Counted from the whole stretch's first letter, positions 38,048 through 51,656 are shown. The stretch: DNA of 63,625 nt, filler included, from Chiloscyllium plagiosum (GCF_004010195.1; 5 parts of one record of this genome joined end to end with filler, not necessarily neighbours in it); one strand, 5' to 3'. Made by a program: numbers and translations. The notes: generated by a model not told the origin, from the sequence alone.

Positions 38048-39700
38048 GATGATGGTGATGTAATTTATGTGGATTTCAGCAAAGTCTCTGACAAGGTCCC
38101 AAATGGGAGAATGATAAAGAAGGTACCTTGGCAAGATGGTGTTATGAACTAGACCAAATCCCTTCAAAATATTTAAGATAGTCTAGACTCGAAGAAAATG
38201 TAAGGTATGTTTCCAGATGCAATTTGATTGGTCAAACTACCAGAGTTAAAGCAAAACACACTTTACTCATTCCCCAATAGTTAAAATACAACAAAAAAAA
38301 ATGAATAGGTATAATTAACTTTATTGGAAAACTTAACAGAATAATAGACACATTAGCTATTACTAAATAACTGTTCCCATATAGGAACATCCAGTAAATA
38401 TACCCTTAGAAAAAAACAAATTCAGAGAACAAATTGTCTCATATGTGACTCCCATAGATCCTACAGAACTCCCAGCTCTTGGCTGGGACCAAGAGAGGGA
38501 AAGAATAGCTTTCACTTCTTCAAGACCCCAACAGCAATATCAAACCTAAACTCCCTGGTTCTGTCGGGGCTCAATCACACCCATTTAGAATGTGTCTATT
38601 GTTAAAAAAAAACAAGACCTCACAAGCTGCTGCTCGCCATCCCTCGTTCAACCTCATTTAAAAAAAGGGGCAAAATAACCTCTTAAAGCCATAGTATCAC
38701 TACAATGGATACAAAATTGGTTTGTGAAAGGAGACGGAGTGTGGCGGGAGAAGGCTGTTTGTATGAATGGAGGCCAGTGACCAGTGGCATACCACAAAAT
38801 CAGTGCTGGGTCCCTTCTTGTTCATGATTTTGATAAGTGATATAGGTGAAAATGTGGTGGGTGGTGCTGGTGGTGGTAAGTAAAACTGTGGATGACACGA
38901 AGATTAGTCAGGTGGTTAATAGTGAGGAAGAACTTGTTAGGGTGCAGAAGATGTTGGTCAGATGGATAGATGGATTAACCCTGATAAATGTGAGGTGATT
39001 CACTTTGGAAGAAGTAATAAGACAAGGGAGTACTCAATGAATGGCAAGACACTAGGAAGCTCAGTGGAACAGAGTGATCTTGGGCAGCTTGTCCACAGAT
39101 CCCTGAACACAACAGGATAGGTTAATAGGATAGTTAAAGAAGACACATGGGATGCTTGCTTTTATCAGTCATGGCATACATTATAAGAGCAGGAAGACTG
39201 GTTTGAAGCTGTACAAAACTTTAGTTAGGCCAGAGCTGAAGTCTGGTCTTTGACTGCACTGGAAGGGGTGCAGAAGAGACTCATCAGGATGTTGCCTGGG
39301 ATGGAACATTTTAGGTTTGAATAGAGGCTGGATAAGTTTCAGTTGCTGTCTTGAGAGCAGAGAAGGCTGAAATATATAAAATTATGAGGGCCATGGATAG
39401 GGTGGATAAGAAGCAGTTATTTATCTTAGTTGAAGAGTCATTAACAAGGGGCATTATTTTGAAGTGAACAGCAGGAGGTTTAGAGGGGACTTGAGGCATC
39501 CAGAGGTTGGCGGTAATCTAGAATGCACTGTCTGAGGTGGGGTTAGTACAGGCCAGGAAACGTAACGACCTTTATAAAGTATATGGACTCATAACATTTA
39601 AGACTATGGGCCAAGTGCTCGTAACTGAAAGTTGTGTAGCTAAGTTGGCACAGACTCAATGGGTAAAAGGACCACTTCTGAGCTGTATGACTCCAAGTTT
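38048..39700 (+). mobile_element. Decayed CR1-type RT region, interrupted by a solo LTR
   Basis: DVIYVDFSK..DKVP, CEVIHFG and LKLYKTLVRP motifs. Confidence 0.75.
38140..38704. mobile_element. Solo LTR (565 bp, TG...CA, 4-bp TSD ATGG)
   Basis: Starts TGTTATG and ends CACTACA, with ATGG at 38136-38139 and 38705-38708. Removing it restores the CR1 frame TTGGCAAGATGGATACAAAATTGG (LARWIQNW). Confidence 0.85.
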
Positions 39701-39726
39701 TACTTTCTATCAAGAATGACTGACAT

Positions 39727-42700
39727 GTCATAGAGTCATACTCATACAGATGTACAGCACGGAACCAGACCCTTTGGTCCAACTTGTCCATGCCGACCAG
39801 ATATCCCAACCCAATCTAGTCCCACCTGCCAGCACCTGGCCCATTTCACTCCAAACCCTTCCTATTCATATACCCATTCAGATATCTTTTAAATGTTGCA
39901 ATTGTACCAGCGTCCACCACTTACTCTGGCAGCTCATTCCATACAGGTACCACCCTCTGCGTGAAAACATTTCCCCTTAGGTCTCTTTTATATCTTTCTC
40001 CTCTCACCCTAAACTTATGCCCTCTTGTTCTGGACTCACCAACCCCAGGGAAAAGACTTTGTCAATTTATCCTCGCCTTGCCCCTCAAGATTTTATGAGC
40101 CTCTATAGGGTCACCACTCAACCTCCAATGCTCCAGAGAAAACAGCCTTAGCTTATTCAACCCCTCCCTATAACTCAAATCCTCCAACCCTAGCAACATC
40201 CTTGTAAATCTTTTCTGAAATATTTCAAGTTTCACAACAACTTTCCGATAGGAAGGCGACCAGAATTGCACGCAATATTCCAACAGTGGCCTAACCAATG
40301 TCCTGTACAGCCGGACCACAACTTCCCAACTCCTGTACTCAATACTCTGACCAATAAAGGAAAGCATACCAAACACCTTCTTCACTATCCTATCTACCTG
40401 CGACTCCACCTTCAAGGAGCTATGAACCTGCACTCCAAGATCTCTTTGTTCAGCAATACTCCCCAGGACCTTACCATTAAGTGGAGAAGTCCTGCTAAGG
40501 TTTGCTTTCCCAAAATGCAGCACCTCACATTTATCTAAATTAAACTCCATCTGCTACTTCTCAGCCCACTGGCCCATCTGATCAAGATCCCGTTGTAATC
40601 TGAGATAACCTTCTTCACTATCCACTATACCTGTAATTTTGGTGTCATCTGCAAACTTACTAACTATACCTCTTATGCTCACTTCCAAATCATTTATGTA
40701 AATGATGTAAGTAGTGGACCCAGCACCGATCCTTGTGGCACTCCACTGGTCACAGGCCTCCAGTCTGAAAAACAACCCTCCACCACCTATGTCTTCTATC
40801 TTTGAGCCAGTTCTGTATCCAAATGGCTAGTTCTCCCTGTATTCCGTGAGATCTAACCTTGCTAACCAGTCTCCCATGAGGAACTTCGTCGAACACCTTA
40901 CTGAAGTCCGTGTAGATCACATCTACCACTCTGCCCTCATCAATCCTCTTTGTTACTTCTTCAAAAAACTCAATCAAGTTTGTGAGACATGATTTCCCAT
41001 GCACAGAGCCATGTTGACTATCCCTAATCGATCCTTGCCTTTCCAAATACATGTACGTCCTGCCCGTCAGGATTCCCTCCAACAACTTGCCCACCACCAA
41101 CATCAGACTCACTAGTCTACAGTCCCCTGGCTTTCCTTACCATCTTTCTTAAATAGTGGCACCACGATGGCAAACCTCCGTCTTCCGACACACTATCGAT
41201 GATACAAATATCTCAGTAAGAGCCCAGCAATCACTTCCCTAGCTTCCCACAGAGTTCTGGTGTACACCTGATCAGGTCCTGGGGATTTATCTACTTTTAT
41301 GCATTTCAAGACATCCAGCACTTCTTCATCTGTAATATGGACATTTTTTAAGATGTCACCATCTATTCCCCTACATTTTATATCTTCCATGTCCTTTTCC
41401 ACAGAAAATACTGCTGCAAGATACTCGTTTAGTATCTCTCCCATCACCTGCGGCTCCACACAAAGGCCACCTTGCTGATCATTGAGGGGCCCTATTCTAC
41501 CGATAGTTATCCTTTTGTCCTTAATATATTTGTAAAAACCTTTTGGATTCTCCTGAACTCTATGTGCCAAAGCTATCTCATGTCCCCTTTTTGCCCTCCT
41601 GATTTCCCTCTTAAGTATACCCCTACTGCCTTTATACTCTTCAAAGGCTTCACTCAATCTAACCTGTGTATACCTGACATATGCTTACTTCTTTTTCTTA
41701 ACCAAAACCACAATTTCTTTAGATTAGATTAGATTACTTACAGTGTGGAAACAGGCCNNNNNNNNNNNNNNNNNNNNNNNNNNNNNNNNNNNNNNNNNNN
41801 NNNNNNNNNNNNNNNNNNNNNNNNNNNNGTCATCCAGCATTCCCTATACCTACCAGCCTTTCTTTTCACCCTAACAGGAATATACTTTCTTTGGACTCTC
41901 GTTATCTTATTTCTGAAGGCTTCCCATTTTCCAGCCACCCCTTTACCTGCAAATATCTGCCTCCAATCAGCTTTTGAAAGTTCTTGCCTCAAACTGTGGA
42001 AATTGGCCTTTCTCCAGTTTAGAACTTCAACTTTTAGATCTGGTCTTTCTTTTTTTCCATCACTATTTTAAAACTAATACAATTATGGTTGTTGGCCCAA
42101 AGTGCTCCCCCACTGACACCTCAGTCACCTGCCCTGCCTTATTTCCCAAGAGTAGGTCAAGTTTTGCACCTTTTCTCGTAGGTACATCCACATACTGAAT
42201 CAGAACGTTTTCTCTCCATCTAAATTCTTAACATTATGGCAGTTCCAGTCTATGTTTGGAAAGTTAAAATCCCCTACCATAACCACCCTATCATTCTTGC
42301 AGATAACTGAGATCTCCTTATAAATCTGTTTCTCAATTTCCCTCTGACTATTAGGAGGTCTATAATACAATCCCAATAAGGTGATCATCCCTTTCTTATT
42401 TCTCAGTTCCACCCAAATAACTTCCCTGGATGTATTCCCAGGAATATCCTCCCTCAGTAATAGCTCTAATACTATGCCTTATCAAAAACGCCACTCCCCC
42501 TCCTCTCTTGCCTCCCTTCCTGTAGCATTCGTATCCTGGAACATTAAGCTGCCAGTCCTGTACATCCCTGAGCCATGTTTCTGTAATTGCTATGACATCC
42601 CAGTCCCATGTTCCTAACCATGCCCTGAGTTCATCTGCCTTTCCTGTTAGGCCTGGTGCATTGAAATAAATGCAGATTAATTTATCAGTCCTACCTTGTT

Positions 42701-43730
42701 CTCTGCTTTGTCCCTGCCTGCCCTGACTGTTTGACTCGTCTTTGTTCTCAACTGAACCAGTCTCAGATTGATCTCTTTCCTCACTATCTCCCTGGGTCCC
42801 ACCCCATCACCTTACTAGTTTAAATCCTGCCGAGCAGCTCTAGCAAATCTCCCTGCCAGTATATTAGTCCCCTTCCAATTTAGGTGAAATCCATCCTTCT
42901 TATGCAGGTCATTTCTACCCCAAAAAGAACTTCCAATGATCCAAAAGTGTGAATCCTTCTCCCATACACCAGCTCCTCAGCCATGAATTCATTTGCTCTA
43001 TCTTCCTATTGCTGCCCTCACTAGCTCGTAGCACCGGGAGTAATCCAGATATTACTACTCTAGAGGACCTCCTTTTTAAATTCCTGCCTAACTCTAAATC
43101 TAAATCTTTTCCCTTTCTGCTGGCCCCTCTACCCCTTGAGAACATTCTACACCCTCTCTGAGACATCCTTGATCCTGGCGCCAGAAAAACAACACATCAT
43201 TCTGATTTTTCACTGCTGGGCACAGTTTGTCTGTACCTAGGACTTGAGAGTCCCCTAACACAATTGATCTCTTGGAACCCGATGTACCCTTCGTTGCATT
43301 AGAGCCAGTCTCAATACCAGAAACGTGGCTGTACGTGCTTTGTTTCCCTGAGAATCCATCACCCCCGACATTTTCCAAAACAACATACTTGTTTGAAATG
43401 GGGGTAGCCACAGAAGACTTTTGCACTAACTGCCTACCTCTCTTACCTTTCCTGGAGTTAACCCATCTATGTGACTGTATCTGCAACTTTTCTCCCTTCC
43501 TATAACTGCCATCCGTAACATCCAATTGCTCTTGTAAATTCCTCTGTCTCCCCAACTGATCTATTCGATCTGATCGGATTCGTAACCAATGGCATTTATT
43601 GCAGGTATAATCCTCAGTAACCCGTAAACTCTCCCTAAACTCCCACATCCGACAAGAGTATATCACTCTACTAAAGGCCATTTTTGCTTCTTTCAATCTA
43701 CAGATCCATAAAATAGCACTGTCTTATTCC
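39727..43730 (-). mobile_element. Near full-length CR1/HER1 LINE (ORF1 Zn-finger plus SGNH esterase; ORF2 EN plus RT), disrupted
   Basis: ORF1: CRMWE...CNKC, IVLGDS, VVISGLLP, NSWLRSWC. ORF2: GLYYRPP, VMVGDFNFP, KFADDTK, LEYCVQFWSP. 3' tail at 39727. Confidence 0.93.
41721..41757 (-). mobile_element. HE1 SINE 3' tail nested in CR1 (remainder lies in the N gap)
   Basis: AGATTAGATTAGATTACTTACAGTGTGGAAACAGGCC followed by Ns. Confidence 0.75.
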
Positions 43731-44014
43731 ACTAAGAGGTAAAGAACATAATTTCCTTACAATATATTATCAATGCAGGTCAGCCACAGATTCTATCTTA
43801 GGCTGATTGACATGAAACTCGGCATCTGAGTGCTTTGCTTTCATAGGAGTTATCAAAAACAATGAATATTTTGAAATTTTTGACAATTTTGCACAGTAAT
43901 CACTTGTCCAACATTTAAACATTCTGTAATAATTGTATAGTTCCATGAAAATTTCCTGACTTCTGTTACTAATCCATAGCCCTACAAAAATACAACTAGA
44001 AAATTGTATAAAAG

Positions 44015-44925
44015 AACAAAGATCAATGAAAATTTACAGCCCAGGAACAGGGCCTTCGGCCCTCCAAGCCTGTGCCGATCCAAATCCAATGTGTAAACGT
44101 ATTGCCCAATTCCTGAGGATCTGTATCCCTCTGCTCCCACCTACTCATGCATCTGTCCAGATGCACCTAAAGTGAATCTATCGTGCCTGCCTCTACTGCC
44201 TCTGCTGGCAACGCATTCCAGGCACTTATCACACTCTGTGTGAAGTACTTTCTACATGTATCCCCCTTAAACTTTTCACCTCTCACCTTGAATGCGTGAC
44301 CTCTCATTATTGAATCCCTCACCCTGGGAAAACGCTTATCTCTATCCACCCTGTCTATATATCTTGTAAACCTCAATCAGGTCCCACCCCATCTCCTTTT
44401 TTTCTAATGAAAACAATCCTAACCTACTCAACCTCTCTTCGTAGCTTGCACCTTCCATACCAGAAAACATCCTCGTAAACCTTCTCTGCACCCTCTCCAA
44501 AGCATCCACATCCTTTTGGTAATGTCGCGACCAGAACTGTACACAATATTCTAAATGCGGCCGAACCAAAGTCTTGTACAATTTTAACATGGCCTGCCAA
44601 CTCTTATACTCAATACCCCATCTGATGAAGGCAAGCATACCATATGCCTAAGGGCCTGTGCCCGAAACGTCGAATCTCCTGTTCCCTGGATGCTGCCTGA
44701 CCTGCTGTGCTGTTCCAGCAATAAAGTTTCAACTTTGATCTCCAGCATCTGCAGACCTCACTTTCTCCTCCTTCTTGACCACTCTGTCTACCTGTGCAGC
44801 CATCTTCAGGGTACAATGAACCTGAACTCTCAGATCTCTCTGCTCATCAACTTTTCCCAAGACTCTTCCATTTAGAATTTGACCTCCCAAAATGCATCAC
44901 CTCACATTGTCTGGATTGAACTCCA
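44015..44925 (-). mobile_element. CR1-type LINE 3' fragment (second subfamily) with a PLE hammerhead insert at 44650-44769
   Basis: LYKTLVRPHLEYCVQFWS. The insert reads GGGCCTGTGCCCGAAACGTCGAAT...CTCACTTTCTCC. Confidence 0.85.
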
Positions 44926-46375
44926 AGTGAGAAACTACATATTACTCAAGGTCAATGCCTAAACCTGGCCTGACAATGCAATGGCTAAATGTAACTTTAA
45001 ACCACACACAGCTCAGGTGATTCCATGTTAGATTTTAAACTTAACTAATATCTCGAAAACTGATCTCACATGGAGCAAAATTTGGAAGTTATAAGAGTCT
45101 TCAACTCCTCACAATCTGTTAAGACTAGCAAATAATTCTTGGTGACACTTATTTGTGCACAAATACAGGTAGCTGCTTTCTGACCTTTGGCACTCACTTC
45201 TATGTACAAGATTAAATTAGAGAAAAGGAGCAAAAACACAAAAAACAGCTGTTTTAAACATTAAGCAGAAAGCAAAAGGAATTCCTTCAACCAAGAAATA
45301 GAACAAGGGTTAATAACCTTCCAGTATATATTATCAAAAACTACACTATTAGAAAAACGCAGCTGAAAGAAAATAAACCTTATTTAAAGAGGATGTGTAC
45401 AACTCCCTGATTATAAAGCATTTGCTTTGCCCTCGAAAATAAACATTTTAAACAACGGAAATAAGTGGCTTCCTTTGGGCAAAACCTTGAATATAAACAC
45501 ACTAACACTGTCTTATCATTCAAAAATAAATATTTTCCCAAAGTAAGAAAGGAAACCAAAAAAAGAAATCGTTTGTGTATTTTGATTGCGATGCAACTTG
45601 GTGAGTGTCACTGGTTGGCAAAGTTGTTAATGATTGTAGTTTGTCGTTCATTATGATTTAAAACATTTTAGCAGCGTATGAATCTCAATGTCCAAAGTGC
45701 TCAATTGAAAACAATGTTCTAATGAACTACATTAAAATTGCATTCTACCCTCACACTTCAGAAACCTGGTTGTTGGCGTATTCACGTGACAAGATGTGGC
45801 AGAAAGTCGCGACCACATGAACATGATCAAGAATCAATAAAACACGAAATGTAAATGTTAAGAATTGTACTCTCATGGAGAAAATAACGAGGAAGTTAGA
45901 TTAGCTGTTACAGTCGCCGATCTTAAAATACGCAGAACTTATTTCCAGACTACCTCCGGGAGATGTCTGCGGTTTTATGCCAAGGACAAGGCCTGATCGG
46001 AGCTTTTAAAATGGATCTTGCTCAAGTTAACAGGTTCCTTTAAAAACAAACCTACTGGAATTAGTGCAGCAGTTCGGCAAAGTCCGGCTTCTATATGTAG
46101 AGCAGCTCGCTAGCCCGCCGCCTGCAGCCCCCAGTTTGACCGTTGACAGGTGTCAGCGCCGCCGCCATTACCGGGCTCGCGTTTCCAGGGAAACGGGCAA
46201 AGCCTGACCAACCGTTCCCAGGGCCAGAGATTACAGACAGTGTTTATTCAACACCTCCAAACCCCGTGCCCTTCATTCTCGGACTGCCGTATTTACTCAG
46301 CCGCCCACAAGTATTTCGCAGCTAAGTCTAGGTGTTTGTTGCACAATGAACTTTTTTTTTGAAACGTTAACATAC

Positions 46376-46501
46376 CCGGCCGGCGCTCGAGCAACTGTCG
46401 CCATCCTCGCCGCCTCCCTGGCTCAGATCTCTCACTACTCCTTTTCTTTTTATGTCGTCCACATCCAACCCCGCTCCGGGTCGCCGCCAAGCTACGTTTT
46501 T
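46376..46501 (-). CDS. Tentative 126-nt exon of the minus-strand gene (phase 0-0 KNVAWRR...SSAGR, or alternative start MATVARAPAG at 46404)
   Basis: Acceptor TTCCCATTGTACTTTAG and donor G|GTATGT. It is open in frame with the upstream exon and also contains an AGGATGG start context. Confidence 0.4.
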
Positions 46502-46776
46502 CTAAAGTACAATGGGAACCAAACGATCAGAAATCACTTCTTTTCCCCTAGACTTTATGCGAGGATCTGCGCACGGAAAATGCACTTTGTCGCGTGCTCG
46601 CAACTAACGGTTCCAAAAGTCCGGGTCACAAATTTGATCGTCTCTTCTTTCTAATTCTCGTACACACACGCACGACAACTGTCTGCAAATTTTAGACCAG
46701 TGAATAAGCAGTAAACTATGTGCAATCACCGCACATCAGTCACTGCCCAGATCCTACTCCAAATAGAGGCACTTAC

Positions 46777-46827
46777 ACTGGCAGCAATTTCACACGGCAA
46801 CTCTTCTCGCCTTCCCTCTCCTCTCAT
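46777..46827 (-). CDS. Tentative first coding exon of an unidentified minus-strand gene (MRGEGRREELPCEIAAS); may be UTR
   Basis: ATG at 46827 is open to a consensus GTAAGT donor at 46776, phase 0. Confidence 0.3.
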
Positions 46828-47341
46828 TCGTTCCCTCAGCGTCCTTCTTCATTAATGAATGAAAATAAAGCGACTTCAGTATTAAGGGCGCCCTTCCCTC
46901 TCCGCCACCATCTCTGACTTCGTGCATGAAATTAACCGCCTTCCTCGGGAATATACTGTCAATCACCGCTTTGTGCGACCCAGGCTGGTATCGGATGCGG
47001 GTCGAAGTTGTGCTGTACATAAGTACTTTGCGGTTATGCAGTATTCAGAATGTTTTCCTCTGATCATGATTTGATTGAAACACATTGACTGCATAGTTTT
47101 GGAATGCAAGTTTTAAACGCATTTTTTTTCTGATCTCACACGAAGTGCATCTCTGATCAAATAAAACTGTGATCATTTTAATTATACCATTAACATGCTA
47201 CTTAATTCATTCTTAAAAAGAACTTTAGGGATCGCCTATATTCATATGTGGATATCAGTTAGATAACATCATTAAGAAATTAACGCATACATAAGGCATA
47301 AGTTACAATGGCCACGGTTGACAGCTCGACGACGAGACACT

Positions 47342-47450
47342 AGGAGTCTTGATTCTGGATTAGTGGTGCTGGAAGAGCACAGCAGTTCAGGCAGCATCCA
47401 AGGAGCTTCGAAATCGACGTTTCGGGCAAAAGCCCTTCATCAGGAATAAG
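47342..47450 (-). mobile_element. PLE hammerhead module with intact core (47413-47447)
   Basis: Reverse complement reads ATTCCTGATGAAGGGCTTTTGCCCGAAACGTCGAT. Confidence 0.85.
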
Positions 47451-47858
47451 CGCGCCCAACATTCTTTCCATGTTTAATAAACTCATACCAGCAGCAAGGA
47501 GGAATGTTATCTTTCTTTTTCTTTCTGGCTTCTCGAACATTCCCGAAACATTCCCGATTTTAATCACTTTGGCATAAGACCATAAGCAATATGAGTGGAA
47601 GTTAGGCCATTTGGCCCATTGAGTCCATTTCGCCATTCAATCATGGCTGGGCATTTCAATGCCACAATGCACTATCCCCGTTTCCCTTAATTCCTTGCGA
47701 GATTAAAAATTTATCAGTCTCTGCCTTGAAGACATTTAACGTCCACTGCGAAACAAATCTATGATGTCTTGCATCTTTACAATAACGGATATCTGCATTC
47801 CCTTGATTCTGGTCATATCAAGAACACAAATTTTAAACGCAAACCGTGGAGTATTTTA

Positions 47859-48151
47859 GAATTAGAATCCCTTCAGTGTGGAAACAGGCTATTTGACCCA
47901 ACAAGTCCACACTAAGAGTAACCCACCCAGAGCCATTTCCCTACACCGATTACTCGAGACTTCCCCTAACTAATGCACTGAGCCTGCATATCCCTGAACA
48001 CTGCGTAATTTAGCATGCCAAATTCACCTAACCTGCACATCTTTGGATTGTGGGAGGAAATGTGACAGACTGTCACCCGAGGTTGCAATTGAACCCAGGT
48101 CCATGGCACTGTGAGGCAGCAGTGCTAACCACTGAGCCACTGTGTCACCCC
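47859..48151 (-). mobile_element. HE1-type SINE
   Basis: Reverse A/B boxes and 3' CAGTGTGGAAACAGGC. Confidence 0.88.
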
Positions 48152-48477
48152 TGTGTCCTCAGTTATCTCCACCCGAACCTCTAGAATAACTCACTACACT
48201 TCTCAAGTTTGCTTTGAGTATTGAATCACCATTAAACCCTTTGTGGTTTGTGATCAGTTAGGAAGTAATTATGTGGATATGCATCAAATGTTGTTTCTCT
48301 ACAACAAACAAAGAATGAGGAGAATCTCAGCAAGTCTTGCAGCATCTGTGGAGAGAGAAGCAGTTAATGTTTGGACTTATGACTCCATCAGAACTGAAAA
48401 TAACTTTTTTTGTTATATACTTTTGACATAGGCAGAGGAGAAGCAAGAGGGCAGATGTTGTATTAGACCCTGAGATA

Positions 48478-49197
48478 TCAGACAGGAACTAGGCCATTCG
48501 GCCTATCAGTCCACTTCACCATTTGTTTTTGTCACAACCCCACTCACCTGCCTTCTCCCCTTAAACCTTGATCTCCTTACTAATCAAAATCTATCTATCT
48601 CCGTCTTAAACACTCTCAATGACTGCCTCCCCACATCTCTCTGTGGCAATGAGTTCCACATATTAACCACTCTTTGGCTGAAGAAATTCCTCCTCATCTC
48701 AGTTCTAAATGGTTGTCCCTTCACTTTGAGGCTGTGCCTTCAGGTCCTTGTCTCTCCTACGAATGGAAACATCTTCATGCCCACTCTACTAGGACTCTTA
48801 GTAATTTATAAGTTCAATCAGATCCACCTTCATCTTTCTAATTTCCATTGAGTGCAGACACAGAGTCCTCAAATATTCCTTATGACAAACTCTTCATCCC
48901 CCGTGATCATTTTTGTAACCTTCTCTGGACAGCACATACTTCCTTAGATACAGTGTCCGAAACTGCTCACATTATTCCAAATGCTGTCTGACTAAAGCTT
49001 TATGCAGCCTCAGTGGTACATCTCTATTCTTTGTGTTGTAGCCCTCTTGAAATCACTGCTAACATTGTATTTGCCTTCCCAATTACCAACTGAACCTGCA
49101 TGTTAACCGTAATAGAGTCCTGAATTAAGGCTCCCAAATCCATTTGTGCTTAAGGTTTCTGAAATCTTTCCCCATTTAAAAAGTAGTCTATGCCTCT
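48478..49197 (-). mobile_element. Decayed CR1-type 3' fragment
   Basis: AGGCCATTCGGCC 3' stem and AAGAAATTCCTCCTCATCTC, as in other CR1 3' regions. Confidence 0.65.
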
Positions 49198-49508
49198 ATT
49201 AGATTAGATTCCCTATGGTATGGAAACAAGCCCTTTGGCCCAGCAAGTCTACACCAACCCTCCAAAGCGTAGCCCAACTAGATACATTCCCCTACTTTAT
49301 ATTTACACCTGACTAATGCACCTAACACAATGAGCAATTTAGCATGACCTGCACATCCTTGGATTGTGAGAGGAAATGAGAGCACCCAGAGGAAACCCAC
49401 ACAGACACAGGGAGCATTTACATATTCCACACAGACAGTCATCTGAGGCAGGAATCGAACCCACAATCCTGGCATTGTGAGGCAGCAGTGCGAAATATTG
49501 AGCCACTG
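49198..49508 (-). mobile_element. HE1-type SINE, diverged
   Basis: TTAGATTAGATT tail, V-core and GGAATCGAACCC (B box, reverse). Confidence 0.85.
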
Positions 49509-49954
49509 GATTCTTGCTACCAAATTGCAGAACCTCACATTTTCCCACATTGTATTCCTTCTACTACTTTATTGCCAATTTTCCCAGTCAGATGAATTCC
49601 ATCATATTATGGTCACTGCCCCGAGGGGATTCTTCACCTTAAGCTCCCTAATGATGTCTGCATTATGACACATGGCCACATCTGGGTCTGTTTGTTCTCT
49701 ATGGAGTCAACGGTAAGCTTTTCCAATGATCCATCTCTTGGTGTTCCATGCATTATTTTCCTTGGTGTCCATTGCTGTCCTGGTTTTTAGCCTAGCCTAT
49801 CCCAGCCCTTCCTCCCACCCCAACTGGGCATTGCCCTAGTAACCAAATGGCATCCATTTGGACCGGAAGTGACATACAGTGCTGTGCCAAAATGTTGTTT
49901 CCAGCATTGTAATTTTGCTCAGTGTTAGGATAAAGTTTCAAGGGAAGATTCTTA

Positions 49955-50243
49955 GTTTCGCTACAGTGTGGAAACAGGCCCTTCAGCCCAACAAGTCCAC
50001 ACCAGCTCTCCGAAGAACAACCCACCCAGACCCATTCCCTTACATTTACTACGCGCAATTTAGCATGGTCAATTCACCTAATCTGCACATCTTTGGATTG
50101 TGGGAGGAAACCGGAGCACCCGGAGAAAACCCACGCAGACACGGGAAGAATGTGCAAACTCCACACAGACAGCTGCCCGAGGCCGGAATTGAACACGGGT
50201 CCCTGGCGCTGTGAGGCAGCAGTGTTAACCACTGAGCCACCAT
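49955..50243 (-). mobile_element. HE1-type SINE
   Basis: Reverse complement of ATGGTGGCTCAGTGG...GTTCAATTCC plus V-core. Confidence 0.9.
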
Positions 50244-50786
50244 GTTGATTGATGTCTGTAAAAGTCGATGGTCAAGATCCAGAGTCGATGGTCAGGATTT
50301 CCAATGACACTCTGACCTGCCTGTATATTACTGTGTCACCTTGTCATGACTGGTAGGTCTATCCTGCTGGTGAGACAGCAAATACCTATGGATTGAGTTG
50401 ATGCTGTCTGGGTCATTGTCTCCAATTTGTAATCTCCTAAATATGACTACAGGTAGTTCTCCCATACCGCCATAGTTGCATTCCAGCAAAACCTCACTTA
50501 ATAGAAAATTGCTTAATATAAATAAAGGGGCCTATGGGAAAAGTTTGGTTAGGCGCAGGCCAGCAAAAAATAACACTCAAAAGTCTAACACAAAGTATAG
50601 CACAGCCTGAATGAAGGTATAAATCATACTTATCAATGAAACAAAGGTAAATTTAACACAGTACATTTAAAAAATATTGTTAATGCAGGGACAGAGGATC
50701 ATCATGGTGCATAAGGTAGACTCCCTCATTCCTGTTAAGTGAACTAGATCACATTTTCTCACCTTATGCGAAAAATGCTTTATCAT

Positions 50787-51440
50787 GTTAAGGTCCGAGG
50801 GAGTGTTGCTGAACAAAGAGACCTTGGAGTGCAGGTTAATAGCTCTTTGAAAGTGGAATCGCAGGTAGATAGGATAGTGAAGAAGGCATTTGGTATGCTT
50901 TCCTTTATTGGTCAGAGTACTGAGTACAGGAGTTGGGAGGGGGTCAGGTTGCGGCTGTACAGGAATTGGTTAGGCCACTGTTGGAATATTGCGTGCAATT
51001 CTGGTCTCCTTCCTATCGGAAAGATGTTGTGAAACCTGAAAGGGTTCAGAAAAGATTTACAAGGATGTTGCCAGGGTTGGAGGATCTGAGCTGCAGGGAG
51101 AGGCTGAACAGGCTGGGGCTATTTTCCCTGGAGTGTCGGAGGCTAAGGGGTGACCTTATAGAGGTTTACAACATTATGAGGTGCATGGATAGGATAAATA
51201 GACAAAGTCTTTTCGGGCAACTTTTTCACGCAGAAGGTGATACGTGTATGGAATGAGCTGCCAGAGGATGTGGTGGACGCTGGTACAATTGCAACATTTA
51301 AGAGGCATTTGGATGGGTATATGAATAGGAAGGGTTTGGAGGGATATGGGCCGGGTGCTGGCAGGTGGGACTAGATTGGGTTGGGATATCTGGTCGGCAT
51401 GGATGGGTTTCCATGCTGTACATCTCTATGACTCTATGAC
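50787..51440 (+). mobile_element. CR1/HER1 3' fragment
   Basis: QRDLGVQV, LEYCVQFWSPSYRKD and an ATCTCTATGACTCTATGAC tail. Confidence 0.92.
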
Positions 51441-51656
51441 TTTAATATCTAGCTTCTCTTCCAGTCTTTTTTTTGTGTTCACCACCAGCAATTGTATCAC
51501 CAGGACGCTTCTTTCTAACATCCTTGCCACTATGCCCCTCCATTTTTTCAAAAAAAGAGATAATCTAGGAGTAGTGTATAGGAAGCTGCTCAATTTATCT
51601 CTCTCAGAAAGCTGCTTTCTGTATAGTACCTGTCACAGAAAGCTACCCTGACGGCA

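Larger units (their letters stand above)
45780..47060. promoter_or_regulatory. CpG-rich island, probable host promoter
   Basis: CpG density rises sharply in non-repetitive DNA against a CpG-depleted background. Contains the E-box TCACGTGA (45782-45789) and a GCCGCCAT YY1-like motif (about 46161). Confidence 0.75.
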
